A DNA stretch of 64,000 nt from Octopus bimaculoides (taxonomy: Eukaryota), in NCBI RefSeq assembly GCF_001194135.2, contig NC_068981.1, positions 141,329,746 through 141,393,745 on the forward strand. Direction: 5' to 3'. Below are positions 26,858 through 40,444 of the stretch, piece by piece (within the stretch, counting starts at the first letter, position 1; every line of letters begins with the position of its first letter). A model generated the notes under the pieces. The model had not been told where the DNA came from, searched no databases, and saw only the letters and a list, made by a program, of their open reading frames with translations. The position numbers were made by a program, and so were the translations under genes.

Positions 26858-27207
26858 TGCTGGCTTTGCTGGGTGGAGGTGCTTATCTCTCCCCTTTGAA
26901 AACATAAGGACACAGGAAATGTGTCAAGGCCAACAGGAAACTGTGTTTCCTAGGGCTACATAGCTGTAACATTCTTACTTTTCATGGTATTGTCACATTA
27001 ACTTGACAACATACTAATATTTTATATATNNNNNNNNNNNNNNNNNNNNNNNNNNNNNNNNNNNNNNNNNNNNNNNNNNNNNNNNNNNNNNNNNNNNNNN
27101 NNNNNNNNNNNNNNNNNNNNNNNNNNNNNNNNNNNNNNNNNNNNNNNNNNNNNNNNNNNNNNNNNNNNNNNNNNNNNNNNNNNNNNNNNNNNNNNNNNNN
27201 NNNNNNN

Positions 27208-27258
<51 letters not shown>

Positions 27259-29286
27259 TATATGTGTATATACTTTTTCTAATTAGAAATTTAAGTTTTA
27301 TATCTAATAATATAATCACTAATTTTTAGCCATATAAATAATTGCGATAATTAAAAGAAGTTGTGAAATTATTATCTATTGTGGTGTCTCTTTTGATTGT
27401 CTCTTCAAAATTATATCATATCCATTTTTTTCACGTTTGTGTTATTCGCTTGCACTACTTCTGAAGTAATATATTATTTATGTGTATGTATGGCAATTTG
27501 CAGATGTACAATTATTTCTTGCTTTTAACAACAGCTAAGTTCACTGCAGAATTCTAAAAACCAAAATGACAGTTCAAATTATAAATGGATTTAAAATATT
27601 TTTGGAGTGCGCACCCACTGGTATTGTAGATCTACTTTTAAACATCTCTCTCGTCTTTGAAAGAAAAGTGAACAAAGGAAGACTAATGGTTGCATATTGA
27701 TTTCTATTAATATCTCAACATTAAAGCACGTTCGATTGCTTCTCCCAGCAACGTTGAAAGAAGAACAATAGACAGTGTACAATGTTCTGTAATCTCTGAC
27801 AGATTAAAACAGATTCACACCAAGCATATGATGTCTGATCTAACCTCAGCCAGCAGTTAATTTTGCAATTTACTGAACTGTTTGATCTCCATTAAAAACG
27901 TATAGCTGCACGTGTCATAACCTTATTAGAATAATTTCATATTTTATGATTAAGGCTTAACATTTTTGTATAAATTTCCCTTGGGATTGATATAGACACA
28001 GTAAGAGGGCTCGTTTCCTCGGAGGTAACATTTTAATCTTTTGTTTGATCATTTTAAGTAATTAGGCTGCTTTCTATCCATCACAAATCAAGGTCAGTTG
28101 TTAACAGAAAGAGAAGTCAATAGATTCTAATAATAAATTCAGTTTAGTTAACAATATCATTGCTGAAAGACTTGTCCAAAATTATGTATATTCAGAGTGA
28201 TGTTAAAGTCGTCAGAATAAATAAATGAATGTATTGACTAATAGTGTGGTGACTTTTTACTTCGAAAGATTACACAAAGAGAAATAGACTGATGCTATGC
28301 ATTATGGTTGTAACACATATAAAGTTACAAGTCTGGCATTTGTATTTTTTGACTAACTTTAAATATAACTATAGATTTTTAAATCAATTTTCGATTTAGA
28401 AAAATCTTATGGACTATACTTTTTTGTTAATGCTTCTTGTAGTTTCCTGACAGCTTATTCTAAATTAAGCTGACCCACCACCTAGACTGTTTTGGTTCAA
28501 GGCAAAGACTCAGTGTCCAAAAGCATACAACATATTATCCAATGTACGTTTGCAACTGTATCTTATTAATTTATAATTTCATTTTACTTATAAGGAGTAC
28601 GTGCTTATTGTTAACTCTAGCCAATCAAGGCAAAGAGAAAACTGTTTGTATTTCAAGCTCTGAGTACAAACGCTGCCATTAATCTGAAAGTGTTTTAACA
28701 AAGACATTTTCCCATCTCGCTAAGACCTCAGCAATTGCTTCAACCACGTCTTGAAAAGGAAGGTGATGCTAGAGAGGGAGATGCTATATTCTAGTGTGAT
28801 AATCCAATCTATCTTTCTCTTGTGTGAAAAAAGATGGATGAAAATGGCAGGTCTGGTGAGTTTGAAAGGGTAGGACTTGAGTATGCATTTCCACGCGAAA
28901 TAAAGAAATCGGAGTGATAGCGCTTTAAATGCTTAATATATAGCAGCTTAATTAAGCCCTATACGTAAGGTTTCCACAAAATTATCCGAGATGGACTGCC
29001 CCTATTGTAGACTTTATTTTCCTTTGAAAGTTCCGTGGAAATTTATGCTTTTATGTTTTCTGTTGGATTTACTCATTTATTTATTTATTTTTGTTTTCTT
29101 CTACTCGTATATTTTGTGTTGCATTTCTTGAGTTGCATTTTTGTGTTACATTTCGTCCTGAGAAGTATACTGAATGATTTGGGGATTTTTGGTGAATATA
29201 AGAAATAATATACACAATAACAATTATAATCATAATTATTATCTCTATAGTTTTTATTTTCTATTATAATTATAGTATAGGTATAT

Positions 29287-29322
29287 TCTTCTTCTTCTTC
29301 TTCTTCTTCTTCTTCTTCTTCT

Positions 29323-29357
<35 letters not shown>

Positions 29358-29384
29358 TCAGTAGTAGTAGTAGTAGTAGTAGTT

Positions 29385-29439
<55 letters not shown>

Positions 29440-29452
29440 AACCAGCAGTAGT
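29287..29452. repeat. compound (TTC)n-(TAG)n microsatellite
   Basis: Directly visible. Confidence 0.95.
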
Positions 29453-30068
29453 AGCTATTGAAATTGTCCATGCTGCTTTCCTGTTACTATATTAATTACA
29501 ACTAGTAAAGGGTGTGAGATATTATCATACTAATCTACAGAAACGTAGATCATTTCCCACCAGATGATGCCTCTTTTATACAAATTGCTCCACGCCATCT
29601 TTATCGTAATCAAAGTCATTCATTTATTCACCATAATGACCACCGCTTTTTACTGAAATTTAACTAACAAGCTCCATGTCATATACTATTTAGTAAGTAA
29701 GCCGAGCATTCTCTATTATATTATGTCATATCATCATCTTACTGCATAAGAGAATTTAACTGAGACAAGGACCGATGAAGGCACTTCACATTGGATTATT
29801 ATAATGTCACTCAGATATCAACGAAGACAATGCGTAATATGTAAAGAATTGCTTCAAGAGATACGTGTCTTTCGGTTTTCTTCAGCATCTGGCAGGTATA
29901 AATGTCGAAGGAGTACAGGAGAAAGAGAAGAAGAATTTTCTTTTTTTGTTAATATGAAAGATTTCTATGATTATTGGCATTTCCTCACAGCATATAATTC
30001 TTTCTTGACATCACGTTTCATTTTATTTTTATTTTCAATTTTCTTGTGTACAGCCTTACTCGCTATCA

Positions 30069-30120
<52 letters not shown>

Positions 30121-30171
30121 NNNNNNNNNNNNNNNNNNNNNNNNNNNNNNNNNNNNNNNNNNNNNNNNNNN

Positions 30172-30203
<32 letters not shown>

Positions 30204-32006
30204 TAGAATCATGTATCGACCTTATGCAAATACGTAGAAACACATAAACACATATACGTGTGTATACACACACATACACACACACGTATACACAGACCCT
30301 GCACGCACGTACTTACACGCACTCGCGCGCACATACAGACACACACTTACACACATATATATACATACGAAAATATGCATGCAAACACAAGCATACATAG
30401 TGCATACGCACAAATGTAACTGATTCTCTGCAGGCATATTATGTCACCAAGTTCTCGATTCCTGATTGCATATTATTATAACACGAACAATGCATGAATG
30501 TTCCTATATTCCCACCAAGCTGAACCAAATCCATATAGCTAAATCTTGGGTGAATAATCCCGATAACATCAGCTGTTGTAAGCTACAATTTTTATCGAAT
30601 ATCGCAAGCACACATTCACATGCGCGCGCACACACACACACAGGTATGCATGTATATTAATTTGTATTCATCTAGATTCATACATATGTGTGTGTTTGTA
30701 CATTCACACTTCGCTACATGCAAAAACATTAATTATAAGATATCAGCTAAAGATTTATGTATAGTTTATACATTTGCAAATTTGCTTGTGGCTTTATGTA
30801 TCGGACAGATCTCACTTCATCCGTTTTAAGAAGCATCTATGTCCTGCAGTGCGGCCGTGCTAAGATTTAGAAAACGTAGTTTTGCTGATTTTATGTATCA
30901 TTTATTTACTGGATATGCTATTATTATAAATACTTCGTAAATCGAATGGTAATCATCTTTGTGTTACTCTTTAACCAGTGAGCAACTAGGAGATATGCAA
31001 ACTTCTCCCACTATCCTATATGGAAGAAGATTCGTTTTAAAAGGTTTGATACTGGAGAGATCTATAGTTTCATGTGAAGCAAAGGAACATAGTGTTTGTT
31101 CTGTCGAATTAGCAATGATTTTCTAAATCACACAAATAATCCAAATTATTACCTCTCCATATGAATTTTTCAGTCACTAGTTCCTATTTCTCAACTCATT
31201 TCTCCTGTTACCAAAATATATTCACATTTACGGCTACATTTTGTCGCTTATTCGATATTTGCTCTGCTATTACAATTGTGAAAATTAGGACTTACAAATA
31301 TTTACTAAACACGCACATGCACACACATAAACACACACACATATACATACACAGAAACACACACACATATGGTATAGTACTTACATACATATCTGTATAT
31401 ATAATCATAGGATGAGACGTATTGCAGAAGCTAAATTATCAGTGCATTGTTCTCATTAAACCAATTGGAAAAGTCTTTGTTTCCTTTAGATGTCAGATAA
31501 AATCCTTGCATAAGAATTGAATAGAAATGCAGTTATATTTGTGGCAATGTTTACGGAAGACTACGATTTGTAAATTGCCAACTTTGTAAGTATTACAAGC
31601 TTTGTAAGTGTTGCCGACTTTATAAGTATTGTAACACTTACAATAACTTGTAAATGTTGCAAGTTATTTTGTAAACAAAGTTTAGAAGGAATTAAAAACC
31701 TTTAGTGAGGTCGTTTCAACGTTGTTGAAGAGTAAAAGGCACATATTCTAAACTTTCGGATACTATAAGGATGCCGTAATTTTTCCAACGGGTTGAAGAT
31801 ATTATCAATCATTCTGTGCATCTGTGTTGTAAGTATTTGTGTTGAATGCGTATTTGTGTCTCTGTTTCTAATCTCTGTCTATGACAACTTTCAAAGGTTT
31901 GCACAAGTATGAAAAATATGTCCTTTATAGCTTAACGGGTTACTTATCATCGAATCTTTACGTTTTGTTCCTCTAATATTCATGTCTTTAATATTCAGGC
32001 AAACTA

Positions 32007-32200
32007 AGGCGGTGAGCTGGTAGAATCGTTAGCACATCGGGCAAAATGCCTTGCGGCACTTGAGTCATTTTTACGTTCAGATAGCAAATCCCACCGATAC
32101 AGACTTTGCCGTTCTTCCTGTTAAGCACTGAGGCTGATGTAATCGACTTAGCCTCTCCCCCAAAATTACTGTCCTTGTGCCAAGAACTGAAAATAATACT
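32007..32200 (+). mobile_element. tRNA-derived SINE, MetaSINE-like family, internally deleted
   Basis: Head aaggcggtgagctggtagaatcgttagcac and tail gatgtaatcgactta...ccttgtgcca shared with the other copies. Confidence 0.7.
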
Positions 32201-32343
32201 CAAGCAAAATGTGAAGAATGAAACAAGAAATCAGTATTCTGTAATGTCAACGCACAAAGAAGAAAAAAGAAAAAGAAAAACCAAAGTAAATAGTATTAGT
32301 GATAGGTCAAAAATATAAATGAAGGTAATTCTATAGTATTAGT

Positions 32344-32720
32344 TGTTGTTGGTACTCCGTCGCTTACGACGTCGAGGGTTCCAGTTGGTCCGATCAACGG
32401 AACAGCCTGCTCGTGAAATTAACGTGCAAGTGGCTGAGCACTCCACAGACACGTGTATCCTTAACGTAGTTCTCGGGGATGTTCAGCGTGACATAGTGTG
32501 ACAAGGCTGACCCTTTGAATTACAGGCACAACAGAAACAGGAAGTAAAAGTGAGAGAAAATTGTGGTGGAAGCGTACAGTAGGGTTCGCCACCTTTCCCT
32601 GCAGGAGCCTCGTGGAGCTTTAGGTGTTTTCGCTCAATAAACGCCCGGTCTGGGAATCGAAACTGCGATCCTATCATCGCGAGTCCGCTGCCGTAATCAC
32701 TGGGCCATTGCGCCTCCACA
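32344..32720 (-). mobile_element. tRNA-derived SINE (about 380 bp), copy 1, with TSD
   Basis: Minus head tgtggaggcgcaatggcccagtg (A box) and gtttcgattccc (B box); (AAC)n tail; TSD tatagtattagt at 32332-32343 and 32721-32732. Confidence 0.9.
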
Positions 32721-34361
32721 TATAGTATTAGTAAGATGTACTGAAATCCCACTGTCATATCTAAGCTAGAAGAATATTTACAATTTCATTTGCTATTCGT
32801 CAAATTTAACCAACCAGAATACTCCATCTTTTTTTTTTGTTTACCTTGTAACTGATTTTCAGTTATATACTTTACCCGGTGTCGCAGATAAATAACCTGG
32901 GTTTACATTAAAATAATATTTTTCCGTTCTGTAAACTCCGCAAAATTAAACTTTGCTAGTGAGCTCGAATACACAGGGGACCGACGAAAGATAACTAAAG
33001 GCAATCTCCAGAGTACTTGAAATACAATTCTTATGTCACTAAAACTGCAATCTACAATTCTACAAAAAGGTACATTTAATAATGTAGTCCTAGTGACACA
33101 CGGTTTGGCATAATCGGAATGGATATGGCTAATACACCTTCCAGCACGGGTTTTATTTCAGCAGGTTGACCTGATGTAAACAACAGAAGATATGGTTAAA
33201 CATTCATAATACACAGATCGCTTCATTCTTTATTATCTGCTAGTTTCCTTTACTGTTTCGATGATGATTCTATTGTAATGCGTATTTTCTTTATATTTTG
33301 ATTTTCTTTGATAGATCCTCTTATAATTGTTGTTTTTGTTGTGTTTGCTTTTATTGCAGTGTAATTATTTTTTTGCTGTTCTTGATATTTAAATAAAACA
33401 CTCCATCATTATTGTTTTCATCATGATTTACTTTCTCTGTATTGTTGATTAATATAATATACTATATTAAATATTGATATGATTTTATTATATACTTTAT
33501 TTCCGTATTTTTCCTGTTCACTCGTTTTCCCTTTCCTTTTCTGCCCCTCCCATATACCCACATCTTCCTGTTTATTCTAGGCTGTTCTTATCACTACCAC
33601 CCTAATTACCATATATATAATTAGAGATGACCAATAACCGAGTCTAGGGCATTTTTTCCGGTTGATTGATAATAATTATCCTTTCTTCTATTCAAAATCA
33701 TACATATTTCTTTGCAGCTGCTTTCACTGACATTGTTGTTGTTTCTTAATCATATATTTAATCATGGTGTTGTCATTTTGTCATTTATTTTGATTATAGT
33801 TGTTGTTGTCATAGTAGTTAATGATGCTAGTGGTGAAGCTTGTGCTGCTGTTGTCTTTGCGGGTGTTTTCATTATGTGTTTATATGAAATATCTTAGTAA
33901 TTACATTGGTGAGTAATCTCGTTCTATACATTTCATTGATTTGCCTCTATGCAACACTACCGACAATACAAGTTGGAAAAGCAATTCGATCTTGCGTAGA
34001 CAATATTTGAAGTAAGCTATGTACTTTTTTTCTATATAGCTTTTGTATTAATAATAATGTTATATTTTTCTATTCACTTATATATTCATTTATTCATTGT
34101 TATATTTTTTAATTAATTAATCATCTTCGAAGTGTCTGACTGATTTTTTTTTCTTTTGTTTCTTTTCAATATTTTCCTTCATGCGTTCAGCTGTTTGCGG
34201 AGAAAGGAGAGCACGGAGAGGGAAGAAGGTTATAACACAGCAACACACTCACACACTTCCACCTGCGCTCATACGGAAATGCACACCAGTATATTCACCA
34301 GTGAACGTAACCCAGAATGGAGGTACATTAATGAATTTGTCGATACTTGCCAGTATGGATG

Positions 34362-34403
<42 letters not shown>

Positions 34404-35580
34404 TTATATGTATACGTGTGTATCTGTGTATGAACATGTGCTGTTTTTGCCAGTTTCTTTGTATATCTGTATGTGTGTTTGTCCAAACGCACATGAGTGT
34501 AATTGTGAGTGTGCATGTGTCAGTGCATTTGTGTCTACGCATGCGTATATTTTGCTTATGATTACTCATATATATTTATATATATTTCACTTGAAATATT
34601 ATACTGCGTAATCTGATTGCGTGATATCAAAGCTCTAATATTTATGTTCGTGAAGTGGACATAAACTACTATATCGCAATAAATATATTCACATCGAAGT
34701 TGAGTATGTTTTTAGCTGTAAACTAGATTTTCCATTTTGTTGCCCTAATATTGTTATCCATGATTACATGTCTGTATAACACAGACCCTTTTACACATAA
34801 AAAATATTTATATTTCGCTATATGCTAAAGAACATTCAAATACATACACATAATCATCTGTACATGTGTGTGAATGTGTGGGTATCTAATACAAAATAGA
34901 TAAAGGCAATATATTTTATATATGTTGCAAACAGCAGACGTGAATATACATAAGTTGGGGATAATTTCAAAGATGTGACGATAAATATTCAAATATCGCT
35001 GACCAAATTCATTTTCATGTTAGATGGAGAAAAAGTGTAAAACTGTCAGGGCAGAAAAAGTGGGCGGAGAAAAATATTGAAAATGAAAATATTTCTGGAC
35101 CAGAATAATTTTCTATATTACACAAGAAATATTAGTGGCGGTTGAGTATTGTATATTGTTTTCGTAAAGGAAAGTTTTTCGCTTAAAGAATTGGGATATC
35201 GTAGGGACATGGATGGGCGTGGCAGCAAATAATTGTGTTTTAACCCATGATACTCACATAAGCATATATTCAATCTAAAAAAAATATGACTTTCGAAAAC
35301 GATTCCTAAAAGGCGATGCAATACAAACATGGTGTGTATTGTTTCTTGGGGATTAAAGTTTCTTCTATCCTTAATCAATGCCGATCACTAACAGAGTGAA
35401 CCTTGTGTTTAAGTCAAGGTAGCTGGAATTATACAAACACACTTATTTATATGCAAATATTAACTAATTCCAATATCCGGGGAATCGTCAAGGAACTGTG
35501 AATATTTCAATTAATTCATGTGGCCAATAATGTGCGTGTTTGGATAAACTTGCCCTCAGGTAGTGGGATTGCAAATAACC

Positions 35581-35584
<4 letters not shown>

Positions 35585-35661
<77 letters not shown>
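35585..35661. repeat. (TA)n microsatellite
   Basis: Directly visible. Confidence 0.97.
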
Positions 35662-35663
<2 letters not shown>

Positions 35664-37579
35664 ACGCACATAAACATATAGTCTATGTGCAAGTTTGCTT
35701 TCTTACAGATCTTGTGTGTGTCTGTGTGTATTCCTCATGTATATGTCATTGTTTTCGCGTCCCTGAAATGATTACACATTTTTCCTGTACTACTCAAATC
35801 GGTTGCACAGCTCAGTGTATCTCTTATAATACACACGAAGCACAATCTTTAAGTTGGATACGAGCGGCGTAAAGTTATCTTTGGTTCACCATGGAAGATT
35901 ATTTCCTCGATTTTAGACTAATTTACGTACCCGTTACGCAGTTGATCCTCACGAAAGAGCATAACGTTTTCTTCCTGCCCCATAGAAACTGCTATACATG
36001 GTTAATGATTCTACTTGAATGTCGAAATTGCTACTTATTCATGTCTGTGTAAATACATTCTCGTTCTGGTGTGCCCAAGAAATGGCTATTTGCACTAAGC
36101 CTTCCTGTTTGCAGCATTGGAATCGGTGTTAACTGCAATATCATCTCTTAATGGGATAGAAGTAGCATGTGGTTATTTATAGATAGCTGATAATAGGAGT
36201 GATATCTTCCATACTGTTTTAGCTCAACCAACACTCTGTATCACAGTGTAGTGACTTGCAGACATCCTTAACTGGCGTTTATTTCGTATTCAGGACACCA
36301 AAAGCCGATCCTTCTAGGCGAGAGTCTGATGTAATGCATCTACCAAAGATCTCGTAGTGGCGACTGTTAGTGTCAGTGTCGCTAGCATTCTCTAGGGTGT
36401 GAGATATCTTATGTATGTACATATATGTGCATATACATATGAATATATATACATGAGCATATATAAAGATACTTCTATTGTATGTACACTCGCGCCTAAT
36501 ATTTATACACGCTTGCTAACAGTAGTTGTGTTCTATTTGGTCCATGTTCTATTCAAGAAAAAATAAATAGTGTATTATCGGATCCCAGGTTTTCTGGAAC
36601 AGTAAATTTTTAGTGCGTATTTGACAATGGTGTCGAATCTGTTTATAACTCTTTCAAATGAGGTATATTCGATTATAGTAAGCAATACTCATTACAATAC
36701 ATATGGATAATCACAGTTCAGAATCAATTAGATACATTTAAGCAAGTTCTCTTGTATCCTGTTTCTGAAGCTGAATACATAAAATGTGTTTGCAAAACAA
36801 GCCCGACTTCTAACAGTGTCTGTTGCTTTGGCTTAACTCTGTTTTAGAGGTATTAAACAGCATAGACACGGAGTATTAACTGCCTCCATAAAACGAAGCA
36901 AAACGAAAATATTTAAAAATTTGTATTGTTTGTTCTTAAGCATAAAACATATTAATGAATATACAAATTACAATCGATTACTATTGTATATGAAATACGT
37001 TTGCACATCAAATTTTCTCAAAATCTGAAGGAACATAATGACAATTAGACACAAAATATTCTGGAGAATAAAAATTAGCGATACATTTTTTTATGGTTTT
37101 CTATCTTCTTCGCTGTCTGAAATATCGCTAACACAGCTATAGAGCAAATTATTCTTTTTGTACATAAACAGATGCACATTCACTGAAAGATATAGATGCA
37201 CTCACACAGACATGAACAATGTACAAAACTAGAAGAAAAAAAAAACACGTCATTTTATGAAAAATGTTTGTCATTATTATATTCATTTTCCATATTGTAT
37301 CTAACAAGGACCCAAAAAGAATTCCTTGAAGCCACTGTTGATAATAATCACCAGATATGTTCAGTGATCCATCACTTCTACGTCAGGCAGATATTTGGAT
37401 CTAATTGTTACTATCTCTTTCCCCATTGTTGCTCGGTAATTTCGTATATTACAATAAATTTGTTACTAGTGGAAATTGACGTGTTATTAACCGAATATCC
37501 AGTATACAGTATCATTCTTGTTTCTAACCACATACATGCACTTCAAATTGTCCTGTATGCATTAATATATATCTCAACG

Positions 37580-37610
<31 letters not shown>

Positions 37611-37818
37611 CAAGCNNNNNNNNNNAGCACATATGCATGCATGATGGGTGTTGGCAAGTATGTAAGCGTCATGTATGTAAGTGTGTGTGTTTGTGAGTAT
37701 TGTTATTTGCCCATTGATGTGTGTGTATGTGAAGTGAGAGAGGAGTAAAAGGAAAAATTAGATACATATGTATAAATGGTATTGTATTTTGGTATACATA
37801 GGTGTGCATGCGTGTGTG

Positions 37819-37865
<47 letters not shown>

Positions 37866-37915
37866 NNNNNNNNNNNNNNNNNNNNNNNNNNNNNNNNNNN
37901 NNNNNNNNNNNNNNN

Positions 37916-37950
<35 letters not shown>

Positions 37951-39576
37951 AATGAAAGAGAGCTGCGAATGAGATTTAAACTAAAACTAATAACTGCACG
38001 ACAGAATTTCCTCTCCAGCTTCCAAATTCTTTTTCTTTAACATGGTCTGTGTCTCTCTATGTATCTCTGCTTCATACCTACTCGTCCCCCATCTCTCCCT
38101 CACAACTCACTCCTCATCGGTTCACATTCACATATATCTCTCATTTTCTTTCCCTCTTTCTGGTTGACATTCTTTTTTTCTCAATTCATTTATTTATTCA
38201 TTTCTTCCGCTTTCAGAAAATATCATTCCTATTCGAAAGCCAACGGTTTGTAAACTGAATAAGCAGCAGCCACCATATTAACTCCGGCAGAAGTAGAAGG
38301 GTGGAGGTGATAGTGGAGGCTGATTTAGTTTCGACGTAATAGTATAGATGCTGTGATGCATTTTGTCCCGAACAAGAATTAATGGTGCAAGAATAATACG
38401 GCCAGTGCAACTAATCACTCACAATGTAGTAAAATTCCATGCAAGTGCTTACATTATCATCTAGGTCTATGATTCTCAAGGAATCTAGCATTTCTAAATA
38501 TTTTCTAGACCTCCCCAGTATTCTATGATAATATCACTCACATATGGCATTATTTCTACATGTCTATTCGTTCCACTTCCTCTTGACTACTTAGGATTGA
38601 TGCATTCTCGTTAAGGTTTTTCGATTATTCAGGCATTTCTCGTTTCAATAACTTTTATGAATTTATAACTCACCTCCACCCCATCTCTCATTTGACGGCG
38701 CTAGACAATACAATATGTTCCTTCCATCGTAATCAATGAGATTTGTATGAATACAAATATAAATATTTCAGATAAAATATGTTCTTCCACACAGCCACCT
38801 TCACTGCCCACTTCCATGAAGCCTAATATTATCATATACGTCTGAGGCTCTTATTATTAGAGATTTCATATCTGGCTGCGAATATTTGTCTCAAATCAAT
38901 TCAACATAAATTTATGTGCGTCTATAAATACTCTGACCACATACTAAATATGAGTATAATGAAATTCTTAAGAACATCTTATGTATGAATATATATATAT
39001 ATATATTCAGAAATACTTACACGTAGGAATAGAAAGAAATACTTATTTTAATTCTTTATATCATTAGTATCATTATTATTTTAGTTGTTTTTGTTGATTG
39101 ATTAGGTTAGCATCGTCGCAAAACCATTTGGTCCTATGACAAATTTCGTAGAGGAAATTATTTTGAGATTTTAGCTTATGCCATCAAATCCTGAAAAGAG
39201 CAAATTGGCCTTTCATCAGTTCAAGGTTAATAAAATATAATTCAGTCAATTACTGGAGTCAATGGGGTCAATGGTTATGGTTAGTCTGCTCCTGCACGGA
39301 TGATTGAAAAAAGTAAAAAGATGAAAAAGAATTATTATTATTGTTGTTATTATTTTCTCTTTATCACAGGTTTTGTTGGAGCTCCTGGAATCTTACATGC
39401 GTAGCGGGCTTGCTACCTGAAGCTTAAGGTACCGTGCTATCCATTATTTTCAACTATCTAATATTTTCCAAATTATTCTGGTAGCGCCAAGGCGGCAAAG
39501 CTTTTGTAAGAATTCTGCTGGGTACTCTATTTCAATTTCCTTTATATTCCCATTGATGCTCTGGGCACTTAATTCC

Positions 39577-39617
39577 AATTATTATCATTATTATCATTAT
39601 CATTATTATCATCATCA

Positions 39618-39682
<65 letters not shown>

Positions 39683-39702
39683 GTTGTTGTTGTTGTTGCT
39701 GT
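39577..39702. repeat. compound (TCA/TTA)n-(TTG)n microsatellite
   Basis: Directly visible. Confidence 0.95.
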
Positions 39703-39861
39703 TGGGTTCTGGATGTGTTTCGTTTCGACTCGGGAACAATTAATTGTCTTTGTCTGAAATGTGAAGGCATTTCATTAAATAAGGTACCATTCTTGACTCT
39801 GTGTGGACTTTGGGGTACAAAATGTAGCTTCTCCCACCTCATCATGTTTTGTGTAAAAAGT

Positions 39862-39980
39862 TGTGAGCTGCTAGAATCGTCACCGATTAGCGGCATTTCC
39901 TCCGTTCTCAGGTTCTGAGTTCAAATTCCGCCGATGTCGACGTTGCCTTTCATTATTTCGGTGCCAATAAAATGAGTCCC
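39862..39980 (+). mobile_element. MetaSINE-like SINE fragment
   Basis: gagctgctagaatcgt...gttctgagttcaaattccgccgatgtcgacgttgcctttcatt...ataaaatgagt. Confidence 0.7.
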
Positions 39981-40269
39981 AATTGCTCAATAAAATACAT
40001 GCCATCGACATACACTTTCAAATTTCAGTTATTATTATTGTTGTTGCTATTGTTTTCGTCCATGATGATTTTCTTGTTCTTGTTGTTATAAATGTATTTT
40101 AGAATATCTAAATAGATAAGACTTGCAAACAAAATATAACGTAGAAATTCACACACACGGCTGCTGTTTTCTTCCTCACTAAACGGGCCTCTGGAGAAAT
40201 ATGCAATGTCTATATATACGCATGTGCTTGTGTGTTTGTGTATGTGTGTGTGGGTGTGCACGCGCATAT

Positions 40270-40291
40270 CTATTATCTATCTATCTTTCTT

Positions 40292-40338
<47 letters not shown>

Positions 40339-40345
40339 CTCTATC

Positions 40346-40416
<71 letters not shown>

Positions 40417-40444
40417 ACATACATACATACATACATACATACAT
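40270..40444. repeat. (TCTA)n-(TACA)n microsatellite
   Basis: Directly visible. Confidence 0.95.

Noticed and set aside
29858-29892. Minus-strand CTGAAGA-AAACC-GAAA
   Set aside because: No stem II and no UH cleavage site.
39370-39428. 59-nt segment between a strong acceptor and a GT donor
   Set aside because: Stops in all frames; cannot be supported as coding.
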